From Callorhinchus milii (Eukaryota), in NCBI RefSeq assembly GCF_018977255.1, contig NW_024704742.1, positions 90,088,001 to 90,152,000 of the forward strand: DNA of 64,000 nucleotides, in the 5' to 3' direction. Positions 36,935-50,935 of the stretch are shown here, in pieces. Position 1 is the first letter of the stretch; every line of letters begins with the position of its first letter. The position numbers and the translations under genes are program-made. The notes under the pieces were generated by a model, which did not search any database, had not been told where the DNA came from, and saw only the letters and a list, made by a program, of their open reading frames with translations.

Positions 36935-37311
36935 TATCTCTCTGTAAGCACCACTCAAAGAATCTCTTTCAAAGCCAGTTGTTCCTCACAGTTCATCCCT
37001 GTAACAAGGGGGCCCAGCCAACCTATTGCTAATATAGCATTATCCTGAGTCCTGCCACAGTATGTGATATAGGATGTGTTATCAATCTCTTAAGAATTAA
37101 CCTAGAGTTTGATTGGTCTCATCCCAGATCTATTGTGTTGCTTCATGTGCATTTAGCCAGATATGCTTCCAATTAGAGGGGAAGAGTGAAGTTCCCACAA
37201 AATTTCACCCGCAAAGTATATAGTCAATTCACTTTACAGTATATTCTGTGAAGTGCTTTTAGACATCTCAATTATGTGATACTGTGTTACATCAAATGCA
37301 AGGATTTTTAT

Positions 37312-37700
37312 CACACATGGAAATCCCAGAGATAGATTGGTGGAATGCTATGCCCACTCTATCCTGGAAGAGACACATCCTGCTTACCTAATTCCAGAAA
37401 ATATTAGGCACAAGTTGGCAAGAGTCAAGGCTGGGAGGCCCCAGAATGGGCATTGGGGTACTGCTGGAGTTTACCCAGCTAAACCAGCATAGCTTGCCAT
37501 TGACATTGCTGTCCAGCAAGCTTTCCCACTACTTGTCCAGCTAGGACCACCCTACCCATTAAGGTGTTGGCTTGCAGGATTAATAGGAGGTGAGTGGAAT
37601 GACTCCCTGTCCTCAGTGGAGTTCCAGGTCGTGCCGATGTACTCTCATCAGCAGCAGGAATACAGTGGACCTGCCTGGGTCAGGAACTGGACTACTGAGA
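37312..37700 (-). repeat. Family U, internal part
   Basis: Shares an exact 24-mer cttgtccagctaggaccaccctac (37532-37555) with 59015-59038, plus further colinear similarity. Confidence 0.75.
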
Positions 37701-38909
37701 CTGCCACAGAGGGCTGGCTCGATTTCGACATGCCATTGCTTGGCATGTCATCTTGGAGCCAGTTCAGGTCCAAGGAGACCCCATGTCATCCTTCCCAGGT
37801 ATTAAGGATTTGGTATGTTGTGACAATAAAATGGAAATGTAATGCTGGCCGTTTCATAAATTTCTAATTCTCTGCTACCTTGGTCACCCGAAGGGCCCCT
37901 TGATTTTTTTTTAACCTATTGATGGGAATTACATTTGAGTGACAGTCAAGGCTGGGATTGGAACGAGGGGCCCCTGGCTAATAGCCAGCAATAGGAGTTA
38001 GTGGAGCAGCCTCATGCTGATAGCCAAATTCTATTGGTATCACTGATAATTCCATTCTTCCTGTCCAGTAACGCAAAGCAACGAAATATAGTTTTAAAAA
38101 AACTCATTACTCATTCTCGCACATCATGTTTCCCTACACCTTTGACACACAATCCAAAAGTACCCTGCCCTGGCCATGTGTTACAGCAAAGCCACGAGAG
38201 AGACTCCTGCATCACGCACGCCTGTTGTGCTCATCAGTTCTGGGTCTTTCACAGTCATGGAAGAAAAGAATTAGCTCACCATCACCGGCGATATATCCTG
38301 CTACAAGCATTCTGCTGTGCAGTGCAGCATTTACATCCCCAGTGCCTGGTGCTCACAGTTAATCCATGGGAAAATGTGATACTGCGTAACTTTTTTTTCC
38401 GCTAAGGTTACATGTGTCCAGAATTCTTCAGTAAATCACAGCTGTGCAAATCATTTAATCTGCAACAGGAGGCCGGAAGATCAGAAGACATCAGAGTGAA
38501 GTGATTAGAGATGGAACCAGTGTGTTGCAGTGAGATATTATGATGCTCACCACATATTAGGGAATGTGACTACAAGTAGAATTATGGGCAGTGCTGTTGG
38601 GTTGTAAAGTTTTATTGGGTTATAGCGCGTGAAATTGATTCAGGGAGTTGTGTGGGCTACAATCCTGCTCCACCCCCTCATTCGCCACCTGCAGTCATAT
38701 GAACCAAGGAGGAACAAACAAGCTGGGTTAAATTGACCATGTGCTACATATTTGTATACCAGGGATCTTGCCTAGCAAAACAGACTGTGGAGGGATTGGG
38801 CAGAAGTGTTCTCAGTAGGCAACAGTCACAGACCACAAAAAAACAACTAGATTCCTTCTTGTTTGTTGATCAAACAACAGATAGTCATTTGCAGTAAGAG
38901 AAAACATTG

Positions 38910-39085
38910 TGGGGTTGCAGTGGGTTAGAACATTGGCGTTGTGCCTCGGAGACTTGAATCCATCTCTGAATGAGGAGATGTACAGTCTTGTGTAGAATAC
39001 GTTTGGCCAGTTGCAACCCAGTTACTTGTGGGTGTGGGTTCACGATACAAAACTGCCCTTAAATTGGCAATCTCCCTCAGAAGGC
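38910..39085 (+). mobile_element. Old LF-SINE-like fragment
   Basis: gtttggccagttgcaacccagttacttgtggg...cacgatacaaaactgcccttaaattggca resembles the remembered LF-SINE body. Confidence 0.4.
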
Positions 39086-39974
39086 AACAGATAATAATTC
39101 AATTTAACTATCCTGATGAGATCATAAATCTTACTTTAATTTCAGCAAAACTGCCAAAATTGAATTACTGCCTTACAACTTGCTGCCAGATGTTTGTTAC
39201 CCTTCATATTATAGCCTGTTTATTTTACAGTTTCTCCACTTCCAATTTTCTTCCCTATTCTCCTGAAGGGATTGACCCTCGCTGGGGGTCATGGTTTTTT
39301 CATAGATGCCCCCAGCTCCGTGGTACTCTGTGTCCAATGGTGGGGGGGAGGGGGGAGAATCAAACCTCAGACAGATTCTGTCCTCATTTGACATCCACCA
39401 CATGTACTTTCCTTCACTCTGGGGGACGTGGATATCATGCCTTTGTTCTGTGTCTCCCCGCCATAACATAGATGATCCATAAAGTCTTAGCAAACTTACA
39501 ACACAAAAAGATCTTGTGACCTTGTGAATATCTGTTGCATTTTCTCTATGGCTGATCTATAATGGGGTGCCCACACTTCAACTGCAGATAAACCAATGTT
39601 TGGTGCAAATGTAAAATTACTGCTTTGTTCTTGTTTTATACTCACAGTGTAATTAGGTGTTCAGCCCATATTCTCTGTGCCAGCTTCAATTGTCCCACTG
39701 GAGCTGTCCACTCTCATCCCATTCCCATGATCTGTCTGTCCCCCTATGCTTTAATATTGTTTTTCTTCAGGTATTTATCCAATTCCCTTCAATATTATTT
39801 TTCTTCAATTATGTTTCTGCTACGGAGCAGGCTTCGACAGCTACTTGTGACAAGCAATTCCACATTCCCTAAAAACCTTCATGTTAAAAAAATCTTCTAA
39901 TTTCCCCTTTTTTCATCTAGTGATGATGAGTTTCTGCAATCTTGATATTGGGTAGACATGAACTTTTTCTGATT

Positions 39975-40330
39975 ATAATAATAATAATAATAATAATAAT
40001 CCTTGCATTTGATGTAGCAACTCATCATGTCTTGCAATATATTGCAAGGTGAAATGACTATATATTTTGTGGGTGAAATGCAGCAGCCAATTGCAAACAG
40101 CAGTGTCCAACAAACAGTTGTTGATTGAGTGACCCATTTTTTTTCAGGAATTATAACCCCCAGAAAAGAGATCCGCCCATCAACTAACAACCAGTTTCCT
40201 ACTTACTGCTAGGTAAATAGAGGCGTGTGGAGTAAGGAAACTTGCCTAATGTTTTGCCATTCCCAGGAATCAAACCTAGATCCTCGTGCTTGCGAGATGA
40301 GTCCTCTAACCAAAATGCTATGGGACTCCA
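39975..40330 (-). mobile_element. SINE family A, long variant
   Basis: (AAT)n tail, ttcctacttactgctaggtaaa segment, head ending ggactcca. Confidence 0.9.
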
Positions 40331-40689
40331 CAAATACAAATTATCCTACCAAAACACTTATAATTCTGAAACCTTCTCTCAAGTCCCTCTTAAACTCTGT
40401 TTGGTGAATAAAGTCACATATTTTCAGGTCTCTCCACAGAATTTTAAGGTTTCATGGTATCAAACTTAGAACAATACTTTAGGATGCACCAAGGCAGTAG
40501 AAAAAAGGACATAGGTTTAGAGTTGTGAAGTGTAATTTTCAGACAGATACCAGGAAGTTTTTCTTTACTCAGAGGGTAATTAACAACTGGGACATGTTAC
40601 AAAGAAAGATGATTGATGTGAATGTCCGTTGCATTTTGTTTATGGATTGTCTATTATGTGGTGCCCAAAATTAGACCAACACGTCCACT

Positions 40690-40935
40690 GGAGAAGGGCA
40701 GGGGGGAAGCAGGGAGATCGAAAGCATGATCAAAGAGGAGGATCTTGAGGTGGGTCTTGAAGGTAGCGACGGAGGGGGTGAGATGGAGGGGCTGCGGGAG
40801 GGAGTTCCACAGGGTGGGTACAGAGTGGCAGAAGGCCCACCCGTCGATAGTGGGGCAAACAAGGCCGGGGACGTGAAGCAAGCCAGAGCCCGCTGAGCGG
40901 AGGGAGCGAACAGGATGGTAGAGGATTAGGATGGT
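40690..40935 (-). mobile_element. L2 3' fragment
   Basis: Reverse reads GWAFCHSVPTLWNSLP..FKTHLKILLFDHAF. Confidence 0.85.
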
Positions 40936-42047
40936 TAGATAGTTGGGTTTGGTTACAAACCAACATTAATTAAACTCCTTAACCTGTAACAGAGGGAGAC
41001 AGGCCCATACCAAACAGAAAGCAAATCAATAATTATTGCTAACACTGAGGAGCTGCCAAGGACAGTCCACAGATTCTAACTCTTGTGACATCCTCTTGTT
41101 TCTTTCAGGGTGAGTATCTAAGTTACCCGTGGGATTTATCTTCAACATGAGGCTGCAACACGATAGCAATTCAAGCCAGTTCCTTTAAGAGCAGTGACAT
41201 GCAGTGGACAGACAGAGCATGAAAGAGGCATTGACCCACAACAATGATTAGCTTGACATATCAATGGCTTACATTGTTTCTGTTACATTGCTATTGGTAA
41301 TACCAGCAAGGGTACAGAGTTCCAGTGGTAATGGACTGGTAAATAATTCACTATTTCACTGGGGACAGCTATATTTCAGCCGTTACGTGCAGTGTAAAGC
41401 CATGCCTTAATCCAGTTAGGTTAGAAAACTTTCAGCTGTAGTTTTTATAGCTAAATATGAGATGCTTATTTTGAAAATAATAATAATCCTCGCTTTTGAT
41501 ATAGCGTCTTAACACGTTGTTGAGACATCTCAAAGTGCTTCATAGAATATATTGTAAAGTGAATTGACCGTATTTTTTGAATTTTGTATATTCTGTGAGC
41601 AAAATATTGTAGATATGCCACATTCTTCAAAGACAATGGGGATCAATGTTATGCCAAGTTGTATCAAAATGTCTAAAACTGGTTTGTTGGCAGAATGCTT
41701 TGGTGAGACTGTAGCCAAGTATTCTACTGTAAACTGGAAGCCTGTGGTTAGGTGCCATGGTAATAAAGTGATAAAATCATAAAGCTTGTTTTTCATACAT
41801 TGTCTCTCACGTCGAAAAGATGTCTCAAGGTGCTTCACAGGATTTACTGAAAGTGTATGACTGTGCATTTTGGAGACAAACACTCAGCCAATTAGTACAC
41901 CACAAACAGTGCAAATGATATTCAGTAACTCATTAATGGGATGCTGCTTATACATACGAAATCACCCGAATTTCCCTCCCACCACATTGACAAGTTTGTT
42001 CACACTAAATGTGTTATTGTCAGCATCAAACCAGTTCCATAGATACA

Positions 42048-42407
42048 TAATAATAATAATAATAATCCTTGCATTTAATACAGCGCCTTATCATATCTTT
42101 GAGACCTCTCAAAGCGCTTTACAGAATATTCTGTATAGTGAATTGACTGTATATTTTGTGGGCGAAACACGGCAGCCAATTGCCCAAGGCAGTGTCTCAA
42201 AACAGTCGTGGATTGAAGTGACTAATTTATTANTTTTTTTAAGGAATTATTATCCCGTGAAAAGTGATCCACCAATCGACTAACATGCAGGTTCCTACTT
42301 ACTGCTAGGTAAGCATGTGGAGTAAGAAAACTTGCCCAACATTTCGCCCTGCGGGAATCTCACTTCCTGTAGGCGAGTGCTCTAACCATTGAGCTACAGG
42401 ATTCCAC
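42048..42407 (-). mobile_element. SINE family A, long variant (ambiguous base n at 42233)
   Basis: Tail, Deu-like body, ggttcctacttactgctaggtaag, head. Confidence 0.9.
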
Positions 42408-42900
42408 ATAGGCAGGAAGGAGAAAATAAAGGCCCATCACTCCACCTACCTACAATATTCACCTGCACCTATTTTCCTGGTGTTGGAAAAAACACGGCTA
42501 ATCGAGGGAAAAAAGGTTCAGTGGAAAAAATTCTCCCCAACTCCTTTGTCATCAAGCCAGATACAGGAGAGAGCAAAGCCACAAGCAACACAAGAGCATC
42601 AATATGCCCTTCATCCTGTTACACCTCATTTGTCATGACATGCCATACTCAGCTACCTGTTGTGGAACATAGAAATTTACAGCACAGAAGAAGGCCTTTC
42701 AGACCATCATGTCTGTGCTGCTCTTTCAAAGAGTAATTCTTTTAGTCTCTTCTAACTGCCTTTTCCCAGTACCCCTGTAATTTATTCCTTTTTCGATATC
42801 TGTCTAGTTCCATTTTGAAAGCTAATATGGATTGCACCCTCAACTACTTCTTCCAGCAGCTACTCCATGTCCTAACTACTCTGTGTGGGGAAACAAATCT

Positions 42901-43048
42901 TTGTCAAATTGTTGAATTCAGTTTTAGCTTTGAAGTTCCATTTTCTGAAGTTCTGAAAAGAAGTTACAGATGATTTAAGAATTTGACAAACACTGGATGC
43001 TCTGAAATGATTAATAGAGTAAATCTAGACCAGGTGGAATTTCTACTC
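42901..43048. mobile_element. Palindromic family P1, partial copy
   Basis: aagaatttgacaaa...gaaatg...atagagtaaatctagaccaggtggaatttc matches the right arms of 824-1059 and 45455-45692. Confidence 0.65.
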
Positions 43049-45454
43049 AAATATCTGTTATAAGCCACTGCTAATTTGTATTGCATATTTTCCTAGGAAC
43101 TGAATTGAACTCATGCAACCTGGACAATTCAGTTTTAAACATTAGTGCAAAAGAAAATGTCTGGAACTGGAGTTCAGGTACATCGCAGATCTCTGAGACT
43201 CGCTGGGGGAGCGGACGATGCAATAGTCAGAGACCGAGAGGCTCCAAGTGTCAGTGTTCCCTGTGGGGGAAATGAGATGTGCCAATGTCAAATCTGTCAA
43301 ACAACACAGCACATTCTGCTTTCACTTGAGAGGAAGGCCAAAAGGTTCACTCTGCACATAGCATGCGTGTTTATCTTACACATTAAGCTAGCATTAAGTG
43401 TTCTGAGAAGTCAGCCCCCTGAGCAACTTATCTGCACATTTCATTCTTTAATTTATGAACTACTGTAACCTGCGAGAGTGTTTATTTAGAAAGCACTCAT
43501 CCCTCGGCAGACTCTTCAAGATTCAAGTCGACAGAAGTGAGCTCAATGTTATACGGAACAAGACGACATAGATATTGACAAGACAAAAACTTCTTTTGTT
43601 CTTCAGAGTTTATAATATTAATATATTATGAAGCAATAGCGAAAAGGTCATTAATTGTTGAATGCTCGCCAGCTTTTGAAAAAGCGTCAGTCTCAGATGG
43701 TCATTGAATATACCTATCTTGGCAGGCAAAGGAGTCTTGTGGATCTACTAGTTGATAAATTTGCCAAGTTTGACATTGAGGGGTGAGTAGTGGAATATGA
43801 TGTGATACAAGCGTAAATGCGAGCATTACACATAGAATCTATTTTCACCCCTGTACGTTTACAAAGGGGTTTTCCTCACTATAAGTTCACTTCAATAGGA
43901 TCAACACATTCAAAGAGAGTTAGATGCATTCGCCACCAAAGTTTGTAAATGTATCAAAAATCAGACAAAAATCAGAATGTCAAATGTGAGAATTATTATT
44001 ATTCATCTCAATGTGCAGAAATCATCTCATCAAACAATCTGAGATAAGCAAGTAAAGATTTCACTATTGGAAAGACTGCTTCAACACACCATTTCAATTT
44101 GCAAACATATATACTATATATATATAAATATATGTACTATAGGTATGCCATAGAGATAAGGCAACCTTTTATCTCTGTACCAGTCTCTTCCAATGAGGAA
44201 ACATTTTATTTTGCTTCCACTGTGTGTTGGTAACACCTTCAGTGGCTCCAAACTGACTGCACATATGCGAGAGGATATGAATATTCCGTGCGGAGCTCCA
44301 CAGCTCAGTCCTTGTCAATTGAAAGTCACACGGAATTGCAATGTTTGGAGCTGCAATGTGAACCTTCTCCATGGAGCTTCACAGTTTACCTCTGAACCGA
44401 ATGCCAAGGCCACTTGTACTAGTTAACCCTTTCTGCACGTATTTTTCTTTTTTTCTGGGTACTTATAGCCTTCTTGAACAGAATAAAATAGTCACATAGA
44501 AATCTGGTTTTACATATAGTTTATGATTTTATCTTCTAATGTTCAATACAGAGCCTCGTGGCTCGTGTTTAAAGAGGCCACCCACTGCTGGTTGATCAAA
44601 TATCCTGGGAGGTGCAACTTAATGCTTTATGTAAAGAAATACAACACAATGATGTGCTGTGTGATGATGAGGCAACCAAGGAAGCAAAAAAAAGGGGAAC
44701 TTTGTTACAGAAGACATCCTGGAGTTCAAAGCATGCTGTTAACATTAGCAAGCCTCTTGTTCCTCATTTGCTTAGAATTTCCAACTAAAAGCACTATTCA
44801 CTAACATGAGTTCTGCAATTATAGTGGATTTTCCCATTGTAAGCATACAATACAATATAATACAAAACAATCAATATTTATGTAGTGCTTTTCACATCAG
44901 GGGGACTTATCAAAGCGCTCCGCAGTACTGGATGGGCACCCGAGCTGGGGGCGTGAGCTGAGGGGGGTGGGGAGGGGAAAGAATGACCGAAACCACTGTC
45001 AAAGACATGATGGGCTGAACTGCTTTCTTCTGTGCCGTAATTTTAATATGTACGATTTGAGTTAATGGAACAAAACAAGTCACTAGCCTTAGCAAAGAGC
45101 ATGTAAGACCTCACAGTTTTGGTTCAGCACAAGGCTAAACCTGGGAGGGACTGTCATGGGACCCTCAGCACTGTTTTCATAATCCTGATGCTTAGATGTG
45201 AAAACAGAATGTTCTTGCCCTTACACCTGCAATGGACCTGTCGGGGCTGGTGTTTTGACTGCAGTTTCCATCTCCAATAGAATAACGTAGCAGGCAATTT
45301 TCCTCTTATTGGTGAAAGGTAAGTACAAACAGCTAAGGATGGAAAACAAGACAAATGACTATTTACAACAGAAATTACAATTTCCCTTCTCGAGAAACAT
45401 GTGGCACACAGTACTTGGTAACACTAATATTGTTGAAAGCAGAAATGAATAAAT

Positions 45455-45692
45455 GGTGGATAAATTGCACCTGGCTCTAGATTTACTCTATTTATTGTAG
45501 CATTTCACGGATCCAGAAATTGGCAAATTGTTCACAATTCAATCTTATTGTGTAGTCAGTTTTTTTGCAGCTCTTAAAATAAATTGTACATAATTGGTTT
45601 GAAAATCAAGGTTGTATACAAGAATTTGCCAAATTCTGAATGTTCTGAAATGCGATATAGAATAAATCCAGACCCAGTTGGAATTTCTCGCC
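45455..45692. mobile_element. Palindromic family P1, full copy
   Basis: Arms aaattgcacctggctctagatttactctat...gcatttca..cagaaattggcaaatt and gaatttgccaaattctg..tgaaatgc..atagaataaatccagacccagttggaattt. Confidence 0.72.
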
Positions 45693-46029
45693 AAAATCCA
45701 AATAAACTGGTAAATCAACACTTTTCACTGTCTCCCTGCTTACAGAATATAAGCATATTTAATCATGCAATCAGCAGTCAGTGGGTCACACCTATTCACA
45801 GAGAACTGGAGCTTTGGCAGAAACTGTTGAAAAGGCTGAATTAGGAAAGGCTGTGTTGAGATCTAATATGTCACAATTTTTTACAGAAGTACCAATAGAC
45901 AACAGGAATCACTCCAGCTCATGCAAACTCCGGTAACTGGGAGTAAGATCCCACAGGTCGGAGTAACACACTTCTAATTAGTGACGAGAGGAGTGACTCA
46001 TTACAATGTGTAGAATTACACACAATTAC

Positions 46030-47072
46030 ATAGAAAGTTACAGCACTGAAACAACAACAACAACAAAATTACATTTGTATAGCGCCTTTCACGTCAGGAG
46101 AATGTTCCAAGGCGCTGGACAGACAGAGTTACGGACCCGAGCTAAGGGTCGGGGGGAGGGCAGGGGTCAAGCAGGGAGATTGAAAGCATGGTCAAAGAGG
46201 AGGGTCTTGAGGTGGGTCTTCAAGATGGTGAAGGAGGCGGTGAGATGGAGGGACTGCGGGACGGAGTTTCAGAGGGTCGGGGCAGAGTAGAGGAAAGCCC
46301 ACCCGCCAATAGTGGGACGAGCAGGATGGGGGATGTGAAGCAGGCCGGAGCCCGCTGAGCAGAGGTAGTGAACAGTGTGGTAGGAGGATAGGAGGTCGGA
46401 GAGGTAGGGGGGAGCAGGACTATGGAGGGCTTTGAAGGTGAGGACCAGAATCTTGAACTGTATCCTCTGTGTGATGGGAAGCCAGTGGAGTCGGGCAAGG
46501 ATGGGAGTGATAGGGTCATGGAACCTAATGTGGGATAGGACACGGGCTGCAGATGATCTGGAGGGAGGTGTTGGGGAGGCCGACAAGCAGTGAGTTTGCA
46601 TAATCGAGCCTCGATGTGATGAAACAGGCCATTCGGTTCAACTAGTTCATACCAGTGTTTATACTCCACATCATACCCCAGCCCTCTAATCACCTCTGCG
46701 ATGTTCCTCTACTCCCTTTTCCCTCATGTATGCATCAAATTTCCTCTTAAATACTTTAATGCTTCTTGCTTCAACAAACATTCCTGGCAATGAGTTCCAC
46801 ATTCTCACCAGCCCCTGCATAAATAAGTTCCTACTAAATTCCCTTTTAGATCTATGTACTTCTAACTATCTTATATCTATTACCCTGATTTTGGACTCAC
46901 CAACAACTGGAAATAGTTTATCAATAATCCATCCTAACAAAGCCTTTCATAATCTTGAACACTTCTTCAACATTAGGTCCCCTCTCAATCGCTCAACTCC
47001 AGAGAGAAAAGTTCCAACCTGTTCAGTCTTTCTTGATAGCCATATCAAATCATCCCTGGTAACATCCTAGTA
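46030..47072 (-). mobile_element. CR1 LINE 3' portion interrupted by an L2 insertion
   Basis: catagaaagttacagcactgaaaca|ggccattcgg CR1 3' end, continuing to gagttccacattctcacc...aggtcccctctcaa. Confidence 0.8.
46054..46619 (-). mobile_element. L2 3' portion with 7-bp TSD TGAAACA
   Basis: TGAAACA at 46047-46053 and 46620-46626; (CAA)n tail; ORF piece DPITPILARLHWLPITQRIQFKILVLTFKALH. Confidence 0.92.
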
Positions 47073-48107
47073 AATTGTGCTGGGTATTAAACTATTTGAT
47101 AGACTGGATTAAAAAGACTAGAATATCTATTTTAGCTGCTGCTGTATTATTGAGAAGAGAATGGATCACAAACGGGGGACTCTCTACCTAAGAAACTATT
47201 CCCAGAGAAGTCTACAGGCACTGGTTGCCTTATCTGAACCTCACCAATGCTGCAAACTCTGTACTGATGCCCGATTCCAATGTGACCACACAACCTCAGT
47301 GAGAAAAAGAGCCCAAGTACAGACACTGCCATAATATAGACAAATGGTGTCAGAATATAAGATTTTAGGTTTCATGGAATGTTTTCAGAATATTCAGGAA
47401 TTGTTTAGTTTTTATATGTTTTATCACTAAAAATAGCAAAATAAAGATTTGATCCATTGAATCTCACTTTAATGCCTCAAGTAAAACCATTAAGGGATGT
47501 GGTAAAATAGCAGGAAAGTCAATCTGGCTCAAGAAAGTGTCAATCCATTTAAAATACAAATTAGATAGCTTTATTTAGAAAATAATATTTTGGGATACAG
47601 TATAAGAGTAATTTGAAACATGACATATAGTAAGTGTACTATGCTTGGAAGAACCAGGCAACTTTAGATCTAAGGTTCTCAAAGATTTCCATTCTGTTGT
47701 AGGCTAATCCAGCGAGAATTAATTGCTATCAACATCTCCATTATTGTAGCATCCGACTACCTGATGGTAGAATTTCTATGTAAGTGGGATTGATACAAAG
47801 GACAACTTAAAAAACAAAGGAATCCTGGACAACTATCTTCCAAATAAAAAAAGTTACTCATTCCAATGGCTGTTTGTGGGACACTAATTTGCGTAAATTA
47901 ACTGCCATGATCACCTACACAGTTACTACACTTTATGGTAAAATCTTGCAATGCACTTTGAGGTGTCTCGGCGATGTGATAAGGTGCTATATGAAATGTA
48001 AACATTATTATTATTGCGACATTATGTTGTATTTTTCAACCTGATATAATTTTTTGATTTAGCCTTGCCAGAAAGACAGTTAAACTCCAACAGCACACCA
48101 ACAAACA

Positions 48108-48327
48108 TTCTGGGGTCCCCAAGCTTTGGCTTTTGCTCGTCTGTTCCAATATTTCCAGAATTTGGTAAGCAGGACGCGTCTTTCCAGGGACAGTGCGCAT
48201 TGCTTCTCAATACACAGGAATTTCCATGTGTAGGTGAGATGAATAGAATTCTCAGTTTGTATTGGATACTCGTAAAAAGTGTGATGGGTTTTCATGTGTG
48301 TCAGACACCACACTGATTAAAAAAAAA
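48108..48327 (+). repeat. Family U, 3' part with A-tail
   Basis: ccccaagctttggc...ggtaagcaggacgcgtcttt...gtgatgggttttcatgtgtgtcagac..ctgattaaaaaaaaa. Confidence 0.72.
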
Positions 48328-48762
48328 CTTTTGTATCAGTGCCATTACATTGATCACTTCAGCAAAGACTTTGGAGGCTGTACATTTAAGCTCCCTTTCT
48401 CAGTGTAGTTCAACAATACCTACTTACCAGCATTATCGAATCATAAGCAAAAAATATACTTCATTTGACGGAATATATGTGCAGATATATTGAAAATATA
48501 AAATATAAACAGATCAGAGAAAATGGACTTTGTTGACTGCTCATTCTGTTTTAGGACTAGTTATTGTGCACATTAAAGACTGCTCATTATGAGGGTATTA
48601 AATCTTTACACTGCCTTGTCCCTATTCGCTACTCCAATATTACAATGTCAGAGGAAACTTCCCACCATGTGTTTACTAACTGGGCCCCATACTTTTTGTC
48701 TGATTTCTTTCTCACTTGATTTAATGATAAACAAGTGAAAAAGACAGCCTCAGGAATTTTTT

Positions 48763-49665
48763 TAGGAGCAGGAGTAGACCATTCGGCCCTTCGAGCCTGC
48801 CCCGCCATTCAATCATGGCTGAGCTTCTAATCTAACTCCAGATAATAACCTGACCCTGCCTTATCTCCATATCCCTTAATCTCTTTTGCAATAAGAAATC
48901 TATCTCAGTCTTGAATATGTTCAAGGACTGAGCGTCAACAGCCCTTTGGGGTAGTGAGTTCCATACATTCACCACCCTTTGAGTGACGAAGTTCTTCCTC
49001 AACTCAGTGTGAAAGGGTTGGCCTCTGATTTTAAGGTTGTGACCCCTGGTTTTAGTTTCTCCAACCAGGGGAAGCAATCTCCCAGTATCTACTCTATCAT
49101 GCCCTTTGATGATCTTATAGATTTCTATAAGGTCCCCTCTAACTCTTCTATATTCTAGAGAATATAGGCCCTAATTGGTCAGCCTATCCTCGTAACTCAT
49201 CCCCTTCATCCCTGGTACTAACCTAGTAAATCTACGCTGCACCCCCTCCAAGGCAAGTACATCCTTCCTTAAATAAAGAGACCAAAACTGCACACAGTAT
49301 TCCAGGTGTGGTCTCACCAGGGCCCTGTACAGTTGCAGCAAGACTTCCCTACTCTTATACTCTAATCCTTTCATAATGAATGGTAACATACCGTTCGCCT
49401 TCCTAATTGCTGCTGCACCTACAGACTAACTCTCTGTGATTGGTGTACAAGGACCCCCAAGTCCCTCTGGACGCTAACACATACCAATCTCTCCCCTTCT
49501 AAAAAATAACCCGCTCTACTGTTTTTGCTACCTAGGTGGATGACTTCGCACTTCCCTACATTATACTTCATCTGCCACCTACCTGCCCAATCACCTAACC
49601 TATCTATGTCTTGCTGCATTTTTTTAATGTCGTCCCCTGTGTTGACACTTCCTCCTATTTTTGTG
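48763..49665 (-). mobile_element. CR1 LINE, 5'-truncated (ORF2 C-terminus and 3'UTR)
   Basis: LQQDIDRLGDWAGRWQMKYNVGKCEVIHLG, YRALVRPHLEYCVQFWS, TRGHNLK..FVTQRVVNVWNSLP; frameshifted. Confidence 0.95.
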
Positions 49666-50539
49666 TCATGATTTTGACATTGTTTCCTCGGTCACTCATG
49701 ACATAGGACCCTCATTCAGGTCTACAATCATGAAAAAGATTGATAGAAATCACAGGCTTCAACGGGCTATTGAATCTACACTGGCGCTAGCTCCTCCACT
49801 GGACCAAACTACTGTAATGACAATTCCTCACTCCTCCCCTTTTATATTGCTATTATTATTGTTCTTCAAATACTTATTCAATTCTCTCTTTATTGAGGCA
49901 GCTCGCAGCCTCAATAGCTACTCATATGGTAAACTATTTCATATTCTAATAACCTGCAGGATTTTAGACTGTTAGAAATTGTTTTGTATAATATGCTATT
50001 TAAGCTTGTTTAACATAGTTTTTCACATAATCATGCGACAACAGAAAAGTGTGTGGAAATACATTTTATATTTTATTGAGGTTGATGGATATTAACCACT
50101 AGGTTAGCTTGGGACAACAAAATTTATCTGCATTGAGTACATTGGCACCTACCAATATAGGGTCAACAATTGGAATTACAATTGATCAAATTAAGTTGAT
50201 TTAATCAAATCTCTGGTATTTTGCTTCCATGATTAAATGTGACCCCAGACAGTTCATATTTACAGGATATTTCAGGTTATTCAGGCTAGTGTATCCCAAC
50301 CATTTTTGACCCTATCATCAACGAAGGTCCGTTCATTCTTACTTTCCAGCTGGAGTCGATCAATATTGATCAGATTTCCGAAAACCTACCTAATCTTTTG
50401 TAAGGCCTCTCCGCTAAGATCAGTTAACTGCACACAGAGCAGGGATTGAAACTGATTCTTTCTGAGCCATATAATCCAGTTTCATACTGGACGGTGTTCT
50501 TACCGACTGAGTAATTGCCAAAAGTTTACTTTTACAGTG

Positions 50540-50935
50540 GAGAGATTAGAAAAGCTGCAATTGTTCTCCTTAGAGCAGAGAAGGTTAAGGGGAGATTTAA
50601 TAGAGAATTATGAGCAGTTTTGGTAGAGTAAATAAGGAGAAACGGTTTCCACTGGGGGGGTGGGTCAGTAACCAGAGGTCACAGATTCAAGATAATTGGC
50701 AAAAGAACCAGAGGGGAGAAGAGGAGAAATGTTTTTATGCAGTGTTGTTATGATCTGAATGCAGTGCCTGAAAGGTTGGTGGAAGCAGATTCAGGAATAA
50801 CTTTCAAAAGGGAATTGGATATTTACTTGAACAGAAGAAATTGCAAGGCTATGGGGAAAAAGTGGGGGAGTGATACTAGTTGGATAGCTTTTTCTATGAG
50901 CCGACACAGGCCGAATGGCCTCCTTCTGTGCTGTT
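50540..50935 (+). mobile_element. CR1 LINE 3' fragment
   Basis: LFSLEQRRLRGDLI and TRGHRFK-like sequence; ends ggccgaatggcctccttctgtgctg. Confidence 0.85.

Noticed and set aside
38280..38310. Possible alternative first exon MLVAGYIAGD followed by gtgag on the minus strand
   Set aside because: The phase-1 donor is incompatible with the phase-0 acceptor of exon 2, there is no signal peptide, and I recognise no homology.
43180..43280. Minus-strand acceptor tctcatttcccccacag followed by an open frame
   Set aside because: No good donor follows and the peptide is unrecognisable; more likely non-coding.
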